Below are positions 8,649 through 19,622 of a DNA stretch of 64,000 bases, one piece after another (position 1 is the first letter of the stretch; each line of letters opens with the position of its first letter). The position numbers and the translations under genes were made by a program. This DNA comes from Yuukianura sp. NJ FZ-2021. Lineage: Eukaryota. The stretch lies in the NCBI GenBank assembly GCA_046563655.1, contig CM102289.1, positions 1,364,001 to 1,428,000 on the forward strand. Direction: 5' to 3'. Below the pieces are notes generated by a model. The model saw only the letters and a program-made list of their open reading frames with translations. It was not told where the DNA came from and made no database searches.

Positions 8649-10450
8649 CTTACTTCAAATTCGAATGTCGGTGTACCATCATACAAGCTGGAATGAACAT
8701 TCGAAATAACACGGAATTTGAAATTTTTAAACTCATGTACTCGCAGGATTTTAAAAGTTTTGTTGAAATTTCACTTTTGAAGAATGTACCAGCCATACAT
8801 GGAGTATATTTGAACCAAATCAGAACCTATTTTGTCAACAACACTAAAAACTTTAAGTTGTACACAATCACTGAGATTGGTATAGGGCGTCACTGTGTCA
8901 AAACAGCGCCATCTCCATTCTTACTTCTAAATCCCACTGAAATCAAATTTGCCGACTACCACATGGCTTACTTGCTAATAAATTTTTTGTCTCACGGTAA
9001 ATACCATGCTGCTTATGTCGTGCCAAACTTGTACCAAATGTCGTTTCAATCTTGGTTCCATGGAAATTTATCATGTACAGCAAATATCTTTAACGCTATT
9101 GAAGCCGATGCACAGGGACTTCTGATAGAATCCAACTCTATCATATACAAAGACATAGGAGCAGACCTATACAATATGTATCTACTCGACTGGATTGTAT
9201 TTGACCCTGAATACCGTCTAATTCTGGAGCGTGTACCAAAAACAGTTCCTATGACACTCCATATGCTACCGAGCACGCAAGCGTTAGAGTACAATTTTTT
9301 CACGTGCGATGGACGGTACGACGGAGAATACACGTATGAAATGTACATCAAAGCGTTTGAAGTTAATGCTTGGGCGGTAATTCTCATTGCACTGGCAGTA
9401 CTCATCTGTTTTATTTGGATACTTATAGTCAAAATTTTGAAGAAAAAGGATAGTGCTTGGTTTATAGTATTTGCATCTATCCTGGAAATTTATCCAGGCG
9501 TTTCAAAAAAACTGGAGTCTAGTATTGGTTTCTCCTTGGTGGCAATTCCTTTAGTTTTTCTAGGACTTTTGCTAGCCAATTGCTACAAGGGTTCTATAAC
9601 TGCCGGTCTTGTTCATAGGCCACCTTGGAAGGGACTTGAAACCTTTGAAGATGTGATACGGCACAACTATTCTGTGTTAGCTAAATCCGCCATGCCAGGG
9701 TTCATGTTTTATAGTAAAGAATGTAACTTGAAAAATGGATTTGTTAAAAATTACAACGCAACTCTGGCGATTAGCTTTGAGTTTGCCAATCGCGTCAAAG
9801 GTTTAGCGACTAAATTTCGTTCGCTCCCTGAGAGCCAACAAATTCAGCGAAAAGCGATTTTGACAGAACTCATACCGCGTATCCGTTTACCAAATAATGT
9901 GGTGTATAACTGCTCAGTTGACGTCGTCACAAAAAGGGGGTCGGATGGCACGATAATTGCAGATTTAGTACATCCAAACAACTTTATCCTTAGTGATCTC
10001 GCGAAATGTAACAAAACGGTGTACGTAACAGACGAAACTTTTATAACACACTTAAAGCAGTCAACATCTAAAGATGAAACTGTGAAGGTCATGTACTCTG
10101 GAAATCGGAAACGAGAAGAAATGGAACTTTTTCGGTTCGGTACAAGGCAGTACATTGTAAGTCTTCAAGAGGAAGACTATGACAATTTGTACATCAAGAC
10201 AAATGTAGATGCGCTATCTAGCGGAGGATTTTTGCATTACTGGGAAAATTTGAAAATTTATCATGCCAAAATTTCTTTTGAGGCAGAAGAAGAAGCTTTT
10301 CAAAAAGACGTGGCTCAACCAGTTCCCTTGGGTCTAACTAAAAAATGTTCAACAATTTTTGTAATCCTAGCAGTAGGCATAACCTTCTCAATTGTTGGCA
10401 TGCTTAAGGAATTCATTAGTAGTATTTGTAAATGTGAAAACTTTTGTTAA
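8649..10450 (+). pseudogene. Divergent ionotropic receptor (IR) copy 1, 5' part cut off by the retrotransposon
   Basis: Collinear with 11141-13456 from YFKFECRC onward; lacks about 170 N-terminal codons, which are replaced by the element; otherwise open to the stop. Confidence 0.85.
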
Positions 10451-11140
10451 CCGGCGTTGCCGTCTAAAGTTTGATCTTGATAAACGAAGTTATGTGGAGT
10501 AAAGGAGTTGCAATTTTTGTGAAAGTTGAGGAAAGAATTTTTTTTTGATTTTACTGCAAAAGTTTCATGAATACAATTAAGCAAGTGTAAAAATCCCTGC
10601 TAGCTTCTCTTGCTTTTAAACAAAAAAAAGCAATGAAAGCAGCATCTTAACTTTAAAGAATCTTGGAATACTAATTTTAGAGTAATTTGTTCCTCAACTA
10701 TGTTGGTTTTCCGCTTAACATTTGCGAGTAGATAGACCTTCACTTTTCTACCTATCCATAGAAACCAATAAACATTACTAAGGGAAAACACCAATTTTAA
10801 CAATTTCAGTATGGAAAGAAATTTAAACTTTTGTTACGTATCGGTCTAATACGACACGCGAAATATCCTAAAACTGAAAATAGTTGAAATAAAACTTTTG
10901 GTAAATTGTCTTTGTTCAGGCACATGCAATGAGCGGCAACTTAAAAAAAATATTCGCGCGTGTGGACATAAATACTTGTTGTAATAAAAATATGCTAATC
11001 ATTGGGTAGAAAAGTAGCGAAGGATACATAATAAAAAAGGAAAACTTTTTTTTCTTACTTTTTGTCTTTGAAAGTTTTTGCGTTGAGCAGATAGTTCAGG
11101 TGAAGATTAAAATTTTTAATTTTTGCTTTAAGACCTCAAT

Positions 11141-13456
11141 ATGGAGATTTCGAAAATTTTGAGCTATACCATCTCTCTGCTTTCTTTTTATGTTACGCAA
11201 CTACTTGGAAAGAATTCTCATCAGGTTCAGTTAGAAACTTTAACATTTTTTAAATCCTGTTGGACAGAATTTGTCAGAATGGACATCGCCAGAAGTGATT
11301 CCATCGGAATTTGCCAAGTGAACAGCTCATTTGGATTTCCGATTGTTCTAAGATCCAAAATCGGCCGAAGAATTACAAGTTTAGAGCTGAAGCAAACTTT
11401 TCAGCTAAAGTTCAAATGCCTCGCTATTATATTTTGTGGGCTTGACAACCGCAAACACGTCAAAAACATAACAGAAATGTTGAAGGGAATTCAAATTGCA
11501 AAACGTCATGTGCATCTTTCAACTGGAGATTTCTTAGATCCCTCTCGCAGCAAAGGAAATACATTATCACTCATGTGGTACAACCGACTCTTCAAATCTC
11601 AAAATACTTTCATAGTTGGACTCATGGAACAAAATGTTTCATACTCTAAATTATTCCTTTACTTCAAATTCGAATGTCGTTGTACCATCATACAAGCTGG
11701 AATCAACATTCGGAATAACCCAGAATTTGAAATTTTTAAACTCATGTACTCGCGAGATTTTAAAAGTTTTGTTGAAATTTCACTTTTGAAGAATGCACTA
11801 GCCATACATGGCGTATATTTGAACCAAATCAGAACCTATTTTGTCAACAACACTAAAAACTTTAAGTTGTACACAATCACTGAAATTGGTATAGGACGTC
11901 ACTGTGTCAAAACAGCGCCATCTCCATTCATACTTCTAAATCCCACTGAAATCAAATTTGCCGACTACCACATGGCTTACTTGCTAATAAATTTTTTGTC
12001 TCACGGTAAATACCATGCTGCTTATGTTGTGCCCAACGTATACCAAATGTCGTTTCAATCCTGGTACCATGGAAACTTATCATGTACCTCACGTATCTTT
12101 AGCAGTCACTTAGCTTATGAACAAGGACTTTTGATAGAATCCAACTCTATCATTTATAAAGACATAGGAGCAGATCTATACAATCTTTATCTACTCGTAC
12201 ATAGGGTACACAAGGCTGAAGACCGTCCATTTCTAGAACGTGTACCAAAAACAATTCCAATGACACTCCACATGCTACCGAGTACGCAATCTTATGATTA
12301 CAATTTTTTTACATGCGATGGACGATATGATGCAGAATTTCCGTATGAAATGTACATCAAAGCGTTTGAATTTAAAGCATGGGCGCTCATTCTCTTCGCA
12401 CTGACTATATTGATTTGTTTTATGTGGATATTTGTTAAAATTTTGAAAACAGAGGATAGTGCTTGGCTGATAGTATTTGCATCAATGCTGGAAATTTATC
12501 CAGGCGTATCAAAAAAAGTGAATTCTAACATTGTATATTGCTTGGTAGCAATTCCGTTAGTTTTTCTGGGACTTTTGCTATCCAATTGCTACAAAGCATC
12601 TATAACTAGTGGATTGGTGTTGAAACCACCGTGGAAGGGACTTGAAACATTTGAAGATGTGATTCAGCACAACTATTCTGTGTTAGCCAGAACAACCATG
12701 GCAGGGTTCATGTTTTATAGTAAAGAATGTAACTTGAGAAATGGGTTTAATCGCAACTACAACGCATCTCTGAAGAATAGCTTTGACTTTAGCAATCGCA
12801 TCAGACATATGACAAGTAAATTCCGTACGCTCTCGGAGTTCCAACTAATTCAACGCGAATCAATCATAAATGAGCTCATACCGCGTATCCGCTTGCCTGA
12901 AAATGTTGTGTATAACTGTTCAGTTAAAGATGCGATAAAGAGGAGGGCGGATGGCACGATAGTTGCAGATTTAGTACACCCAAACAACTTTATTCTCAGT
13001 GATCTCGCAAACTGTAACAAAACGGTGTATGTTACTGATGAAACTTTTATAACACACTTAAAACAGTCAGCATCTCAAGATGAAACTACGAAGGTCATGT
13101 ACTCTGGAAATCGAAAACGAGAAGAAATGGAACTTTTTCGGTTCGGTACAAGGCAGTACATTGTAAGTCTTCAAGAGGAAGACTATGACAATTTATACAT
13201 CAAGTCTAATGTTGATGCGCTATCTAGCGGAGGATTTCTACATTACTGGGAAAATTTGAAAATTTATCATGCCAAAATTTTTTTTGAGGCGGAAGAAGAA
13301 GCTTTTCAAAAAGACGTGGCTCGACCAGTTCCTTTGGGTCTAACTAAAAAATGTTCAACAATTTTTGTGATCCTGGCAGTAGGTATAACGTTCTCAATTG
13401 TTGGCTTTTTTAAGGAATTCATTAGTAGTATTTGTAATCGTGAAAAATTTGGGTAG
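11141..13456 (+). CDS. Divergent ionotropic receptor (IR), intronless, 771 aa
   Basis: Signal peptide; NFFTC...YIKAF..W M1; ASMLE pore segment; LLLSNCYKASITSGL M3; ETFEDV; C-terminal TM. This is iGluR/IR topology. Confidence 0.82.
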   Translation: MEISKILSYTISLLSFYVTQLLGKNSHQVQLETLTFFKSCWTEFVRMDIARSDSIGICQVNSSFGFPIVLRSKIGRRITSLELKQTFQLKFKCLAIIFCGLDNRKHVKNITEMLKGIQIAKRHVHLSTGDFLDPSRSKGNTLSLMWYNRLFKSQNTFIVGLMEQNVSYSKLFLYFKFECRCTIIQAGINIRNNPEFEIFKLMYSRDFKSFVEISLLKNALAIHGVYLNQIRTYFVNNTKNFKLYTITEIGIGRHCVKTAPSPFILLNPTEIKFADYHMAYLLINFLSHGKYHAAYVVPNVYQMSFQSWYHGNLSCTSRIFSSHLAYEQGLLIESNSIIYKDIGADLYNLYLLVHRVHKAEDRPFLERVPKTIPMTLHMLPSTQSYDYNFFTCDGRYDAEFPYEMYIKAFEFKAWALILFALTILICFMWIFVKILKTEDSAWLIVFASMLEIYPGVSKKVNSNIVYCLVAIPLVFLGLLLSNCYKASITSGLVLKPPWKGLETFEDVIQHNYSVLARTTMAGFMFYSKECNLRNGFNRNYNASLKNSFDFSNRIRHMTSKFRTLSEFQLIQRESIINELIPRIRLPENVVYNCSVKDAIKRRADGTIVADLVHPNNFILSDLANCNKTVYVTDETFITHLKQSASQDETTKVMYSGNRKREEMELFRFGTRQYIVSLQEEDYDNLYIKSNVDALSSGGFLHYWENLKIYHAKIFFEAEEEAFQKDVARPVPLGLTKKCSTIFVILAVGITFSIVGFFKEFISSICNREKFG

Positions 13457-13857
13457 TTGGCGAATGCATAAGCAATCCGTATTGATAAAAAGACGTTGTG
13501 TCATGCTATTGCCTAACATTTAGCAGCAAGTTGAGTTGGAACTTAAACACTCCCTAAACTGGTCCATTAGTCCTTAAATACATCAGCTTCCAAATTCGAA
13601 GCTTACTGTTCATATTGAACCACATTTTTAAAATACTTACACTATAAAAAAAGTTCGGTTTAGATAAAAATTGATACCTCAAAGTAACAAATAATTTAAC
13701 TGAGTATTTAGAAATGTTCATAACAAACCCTCAACTTATGTAAGAATAAGAAATTTCAGAAAATTTCGGTCAGAAAAACGATAACTTTGATGTCAATACC
13801 TCAAAAATGCAAAAACCGGCGACTTCCATGACAACGTGAAAAACAATCGAATTGATA

Positions 13858-14010
13858 TTTCTAAATCCCGATGAAGTCAAATTTGCCGACTACCATATCG
13901 CTTACTTGCTAATGAATTGTTTATCTCATGGGAAATACGATGTTGTGTATGTTGTGCCCAACGTGTTCCAAGTGTCGTTTCAATCCTGGTTGCATGGAAA
14001 CTTATCATGC
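13858..14010 (+). pseudogene. IR gene fragment
   Basis: FLNPDEVKFADYHIAYLLMNCLSHGKYDVVYVVPNVFQVSFQSWLHGNLSC matches an internal segment of the flanking IRs; similarity is lost on both sides. Confidence 0.85.
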
Positions 14011-14419
14011 AATGTGAAAGTCATCCGTCATAGGGATAAGTTCGAACGGATACGACGTGAGGAAGACACGAGTATTAGGGGATTTATAGCGACTATTCTA
14101 TTTATAATTGAACTGGAATTTGAATTTACATAGCCTTTGCCTATGTACTCCAAAATGAAAAAGAATCGCTCGTATTTGCTTTTGGTCTCATTTCGATGAC
14201 AGTAGTAGGTGGGAATATAATTTTTCTTCACAACATCGCGTGCCTATGAAGTCATGCATGTTCAACTTTTTATGCATAGGAATTTAGTTAAGTTCAGTTC
14301 TATGAATGCTGTCAGAACGGCATTAGTCAGCCTGTTTCAGCTAAAGTTCAACTACTTTTGACATTTAGCAGCCACTTAAGAATAAAATCTCAAAAATTGT
14401 CAGTCTCGAAACCGTCGTA

Positions 14420-16939
14420 ATGAAAATTTGGAAAGTAATTGAACCTGTTGTTTATACAATTTCACTGATCGCCTATTATGCTCCGGAAATACTTGCTTTG
14501 TATGCTCATCAGGTTCAGTTGCAAACTTTAACATTTTTTAAGAACTGTTGGACAGAATTTGTGAGACTGGACATAGCCAGAAGTGATTCCATTGGAATTT
14601 GCCAGGTGAACAGCTCACTTGGATTTGCGATCGTCATAAGATCCGAAATCGGCCGAAGAATTACAAGTTTAGAGCTGAAACAAACTTTTCAGCTAAAGTT
14701 CAAATGCCTCGCTATTATATTTTGTGGGCTTGACAACCGCAAACACGTCAAAAACATAACAGAAATGTTGAAGGGAATTCAAATTGCAAAACGTCATGTG
14801 CATCTTTCAACTGGAGATTTCTTAGATCCCTCTCGCAGCAAAGGAAATACATTATCACTCATGTGGTACAACCGACTCTTCAAATCTCAAAATACTTTCA
14901 TAGTTGGACTCATGGAACAAAATGTTTCATATTCTAAATTATTCCTTTACTTCAAATTTGAATGTCGCTGTACCATCATACAAGCTGGAATCAACATTCG
15001 GAATAACTCGGAATTTGAAATTTTTAAACTCATGTATTCGCGAGACTTCAAAAGTTTTGTTGAAATTTCACTTCTGAAGAATGTACAAGCCATACATGGA
15101 GTATATTTGAGGAAAATCAGAACCTATTTTGTCAACAACACTAAAAACTTTAAGTTGTACACAATCACTGAGATTGGTATAGGGCGTCACTGTGTTAAAA
15201 CAGCGCCGTCTCCATTCATACTTCTAAATCCCGCTGAAATCAAATTTGCCGACTACCACATGGCTTACTTGCTAATAAATTTTTTGTCACACGGTAAATA
15301 CGATGCTGCTTACGTAGTGCCAAACGTATACCAAATGTCGTTTCAATCCCGGTACCATGGAAACTTATCATGTACTTCACGTATCTTTAGCAGTCACTTA
15401 GCTGATGAACAAGGACTTTTGATAGAATCCAACTCTATCATATACAAAGATATAGATGCAGAGCTGTACAATATATATCTACTCGTACATAAAGTATTTA
15501 GGTCTGAAAGCCGTCCGTTTCTAGAACGTATACCAAAAACAGTTCCCATGACACTCTATATGCTACCGAGTACACAAACTTTAGAGTACAACTTCTTCAC
15601 TTGCGATGGCCGATACGATGGAGAAAATCCGTATGAAATGTATATCAAAGCGTTTGACTTTACTGGGTGGGCGGCCATTCTTAGCGCAGTTGCAATACTG
15701 ATCGGTTTTATGTGGGTACTGATTGTCAAAATTTTGAAAGAAGAGGATAGTGCGTGGTTTATAGTATTTGCATCAATGTTGGAAATTTATCCAAGCGTAT
15801 CAGAAAAGGTAGAATCCAGTAGTCGCTTCTCTATTGTAGCAATTCCGTTACTATTTCTGGGACTATTAGTAGCCAATTGCTACAAAGCGTCAATAACGTC
15901 TGGACTAGTTTTGAGGCTACCTTGGAAGGGACTTGAAACATTTGAAGACGTAATTGCCCAGAACTATTCTGTGTTAGCCAAAACAACCGTGGCAGGGTTC
16001 GTGTTTTATAGCAAAGAATGTAACTTAAGAAATGGGTTTAATCGAAACTACAACGCATCTCTCAAAAATAGTTTTGACCTTAGCAATCGCATCAGACACA
16101 TGACAAGTAAATTCCGTACGCTCTCTGAGTTCCAACTAATTCAGCGTGAAGCAATCATAAACGAGCTATTACCGCGTATCCGTTTACCTAAAAATGTTGT
16201 TTATAACTGTTCAGTTAAAGATGCGACAACAAGGAGAGCGGATGGCACAATAGTTGCAGATTTAGTACATCCAAACAACTTTATTCTCAGTGATCTGGCA
16301 AAATGTAACAAAACGGTGTACGTAACTGATGAAACTTTTATAACATACTTAAAACAGTTAACATCTAAAGGTGAAACTACGAAGGTCATGTATTCTGGAA
16401 ATCGAAAACGAGAGGAGATGGAACTTTTTCGGTTCGGTACAAGGCAGTACATTGTAAGTCTTCAAGAGGAAGACTATGACAATTTGTACATCAAATCCAA
16501 TGTAGATGCGCTTTCTTTCGGAGGATTTCTGCACTACTGGGAAACCTTGAAAATTTATTATGCCAAAGTTTCTTTTGAAGCTGAAGAAAAAGCTTTTCAA
16601 AGAGAGGCGGCAAACCCTGTTCCGTTGGCTCTAACTAAAAAATGTCAGACGATTTTTTTGCTTTTGTTAGTTGGCATTGCCGTCTCAAGTTTGGTCATGA
16701 TCAAAGAGGTTATGCAAGCTAAAAAGTTACAACTTTCAAAAATGTTGAAGGAGTCGTACTTCAGTTTGATGAAAAAAATTACTAAAACATCAACTTTGAA
16801 AGTGAGGAAAGGTCCAAAGTTGATGTCGAAATCACAAAAATACAAAAGGGCGTGGTTTCCATTGCAACGTGAAAACCAGCAACAGACTAACCTTGACAAA
16901 AATTTTATGAAGAGTAAGCGTGACGTTCAAATATCTTAG
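14420..16939 (+). CDS. Divergent ionotropic receptor (IR), intronless, 839 aa
   Basis: Paralog of 11141-13456 with the same motifs plus a Lys-rich C-terminal extension of about 65-70 aa. Confidence 0.82.
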   Translation: MKIWKVIEPVVYTISLIAYYAPEILALYAHQVQLQTLTFFKNCWTEFVRLDIARSDSIGICQVNSSLGFAIVIRSEIGRRITSLELKQTFQLKFKCLAIIFCGLDNRKHVKNITEMLKGIQIAKRHVHLSTGDFLDPSRSKGNTLSLMWYNRLFKSQNTFIVGLMEQNVSYSKLFLYFKFECRCTIIQAGINIRNNSEFEIFKLMYSRDFKSFVEISLLKNVQAIHGVYLRKIRTYFVNNTKNFKLYTITEIGIGRHCVKTAPSPFILLNPAEIKFADYHMAYLLINFLSHGKYDAAYVVPNVYQMSFQSRYHGNLSCTSRIFSSHLADEQGLLIESNSIIYKDIDAELYNIYLLVHKVFRSESRPFLERIPKTVPMTLYMLPSTQTLEYNFFTCDGRYDGENPYEMYIKAFDFTGWAAILSAVAILIGFMWVLIVKILKEEDSAWFIVFASMLEIYPSVSEKVESSSRFSIVAIPLLFLGLLVANCYKASITSGLVLRLPWKGLETFEDVIAQNYSVLAKTTVAGFVFYSKECNLRNGFNRNYNASLKNSFDLSNRIRHMTSKFRTLSEFQLIQREAIINELLPRIRLPKNVVYNCSVKDATTRRADGTIVADLVHPNNFILSDLAKCNKTVYVTDETFITYLKQLTSKGETTKVMYSGNRKREEMELFRFGTRQYIVSLQEEDYDNLYIKSNVDALSFGGFLHYWETLKIYYAKVSFEAEEKAFQREAANPVPLALTKKCQTIFLLLLVGIAVSSLVMIKEVMQAKKLQLSKMLKESYFSLMKKITKTSTLKVRKGPKLMSKSQKYKRAWFPLQRENQQQTNLDKNFMKSKRDVQIS

Positions 16940-17371
16940 CGTGATGAATTTCAAAAGCACTAGGTTCGGTATTGCCTAACTGGAAGTAGCAGCTCTAAAA
17001 TTTATTAATCAAATGCAAAGTGCGCTTTTCTGTTTTTTAAACTTTTAATACACGACTACACATACTAATGCAATTTCCATGTTAAATAACTAGGACCAGT
17101 CATTTCAATTTAAAGTTTACCTAAATTGCGATAAATGGGGAAAAGTTTTAAAAAGTTGGCACAACTTTAATGTAAATATGGGCGGTTACACCTTAAAAGG
17201 ACCATATTTCTAGCTCAAGGTACCGACTGCACAGAATTTTGAACGACGGGACATGAAAGTCATTTAGTCTCATTCAACTCACAGCCTATATAACGTAACC
17301 TAACTTTACCTTACACTCTAATGTAACTTTTTGTATGTAGTTTAGTAGTTGCATTTACTACCTTGAGCGTC

Positions 17372-18776
17372 ATGTTATCAAAGACTACTTGGAAGTATAC
17401 ACTAAAACTGTTTCAAGATGGATACAACTGGAGAGCTTATAATTTCAAAATCCTGCGCCGCCGGAATAAGTTCGAACTCGTACGATGTGACCATGACAGG
17501 AGTGTTACTGTGAGGTTACTTGCGGCCATTAGCCTATTTATAAATTGCACGTTGATTGGACTTTACACAGCCATTGCCTATGTACTTCGCAATGACAAAG
17601 AATTGCTCGTATTCGCTTTTGGTCTCATCGCCATAACTCTAGTATTCTGCGAAGTCCAGCTGTATCATCTTCAGTTCATGGATGATATCATTACCATTGC
17701 ATCGGCTTACCTAAAGCTCGAAGCACATCTCCGTAAGTTAAAACCAAACAATTTTAAAACACATATAGTTAGGTATGTCCAATTTCTGTTTGTAGCGCAT
17801 TTCACAAGTGTATATGTTTGCCTAATATATTTCAAAATTTGTCTGGGTATTACAGACAAAATTAATCATATGAAGCTATTCTCTACTGAGTCAGATGGAT
17901 ACGAAGCTGTGACAAAGTTTTGTGCGTTGGCGGTTAACTACACTCGGATTGCAGTTATGCCTTTGTGTATTACGTTCTTTGTCTTTGTGGACAGCAAGAT
18001 CAGTCAAGCCTGTTACTTGATAATTGGAAACATTTTGAAAACATGCTTTGGTATTGACCATATTCTGCTAGTTGGTTTGACAATTCTAGTCATAACAACT
18101 CTTGGAACCCTGGCTGTCAACAACGGCGTGTTTGCCATACTACTTGCCACCCAATTTGCTTTACTTTACTCAAATTCTACGCGGTTGTGGCTTGAAAAAA
18201 TGCAGTAAGTTTTGTAATTACTTCTTGAAAAAATGTATAGTGACTTCAAAATATATTCCGCTTTAACATTGGCATAATGATAAAAGATTTATTTGTGTTT
18301 CGAGCAGCGAAGCACTAGAAGATGAGACGATGCAAGCAAATCAATGCCATATGTACGCCTGCTTACAAGTCATCAACAAATTTGCAACCTACATTTTTGC
18401 TGACGGAGCACAGTGCATTTTGTGCACTTCAATTGTGACTCTAATAATTTTTCTTTATACATTTCTAAAACTATTTGAACCGGAATACTTTTTCTTACTT
18501 CCAATATTTTTCATTACCGCAATAGGCATAATTTGTGTTACAAACGAGGGAATTACTTTGGGTGTTCTATGTCATGACAACTCCATCAAAGTTGTCCAAC
18601 TTGGAAAATTCAAATTGCCCAACAACAATCTCTACTATAGTAAATTTTGGAGGTCAAGACAGCCAATCAATCTCAGAGTTGGAAGGCTTTTTGTTGTTGA
18701 CTCCAAACAGTATTTACTCACCATCTATGGAGATATCATACTCCAAACTGTCGTTGACCTAATCCTTACTTTTTAA
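17372..18776 (+). CDS. 7TM chemoreceptor (insect GR/OR superfamily-like), 3 exons
   Basis: Exons 17372-17732, 17856-18204, 18308-18776 with GT-AG introns at the same positions as in the paralog; multiple TM segments; C-terminus FWRSRQPINLRVGRLFVVD...IILQTVVDLILTF. Confidence 0.75.
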
Positions 18777-19622
18777 ACAAAGTTGATCAAAATATGAAAA
18801 AGTGCTTTAAGTTTGCAACCTCAATATGATATTGTATGTATATAGTATGGATGGATGTGTATACTACGTAGCATACAGTGTGTATGTAAGTTATAACATA
18901 ATTTAAATTAAGAAATATAACACTTGTTGTGCAATTCAAAGTTATTGGAAATGGAACCAGAATATTATTTCCAGCGTGTATATTCCAGGTAAAAAGATGA
19001 AAAAGCACTCCCAAGAGATAGAATTTTGGATTTTGCTTATACGATTAGGTTGAAACATGGTTGTCTAACGTCTAACTAATGTCATCTTGTCATCTTCATT
19101 TTGCAATTTCCAAAACATGTCCTCCCAAAAATATTTAAAAATTGTTACCCGTGCAACATGACGTAGATTCAAGCTTCCGTGACATCCAAATTGAATTTTC
19201 TACAACAGGCTGTTCAATAATTTTTTGCTCCAATTTTACGCCAATTTTGTGTTGTTTATTTTTATCAAATCTAGATGTACTCAACCTCATCTATGTTTAC
19301 ATTATATTTACAGATATGTTTGCAAATGCGCGAATGCAGGCAGGTAGTCGTGAAGTTTATCTTGATGAGTTGAAATGTAAAATTTCATAGCATGTCTTAG
19401 AAGTTATGTTCTGTGTATGCCTAGATAATTCAGGTACAAAGATCGTTACGCCTAAAAAATGTCTAATGTTTTTATCAGTGTTGCATAAATGCAGAATTTC
19501 TTGGAGTGAAAAAAAAAGTTAATTTAGTTAGCGTCTAACTGTCGCGTAAGTTAGCGTAACCTTACAGTAAGAGTTAGCTAATATTTTGTTGAAACCCGGA
19601 AGCCAGAAACTGAACTTGCGTC

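Noticed and set aside
17733..17855. In-frame, stop-free 123-nt stretch read through by the 281-aa ORF
   Set aside because: It has GT-AG ends and corresponds to an intron containing a stop in the paralog; treated as an ordinary intron.
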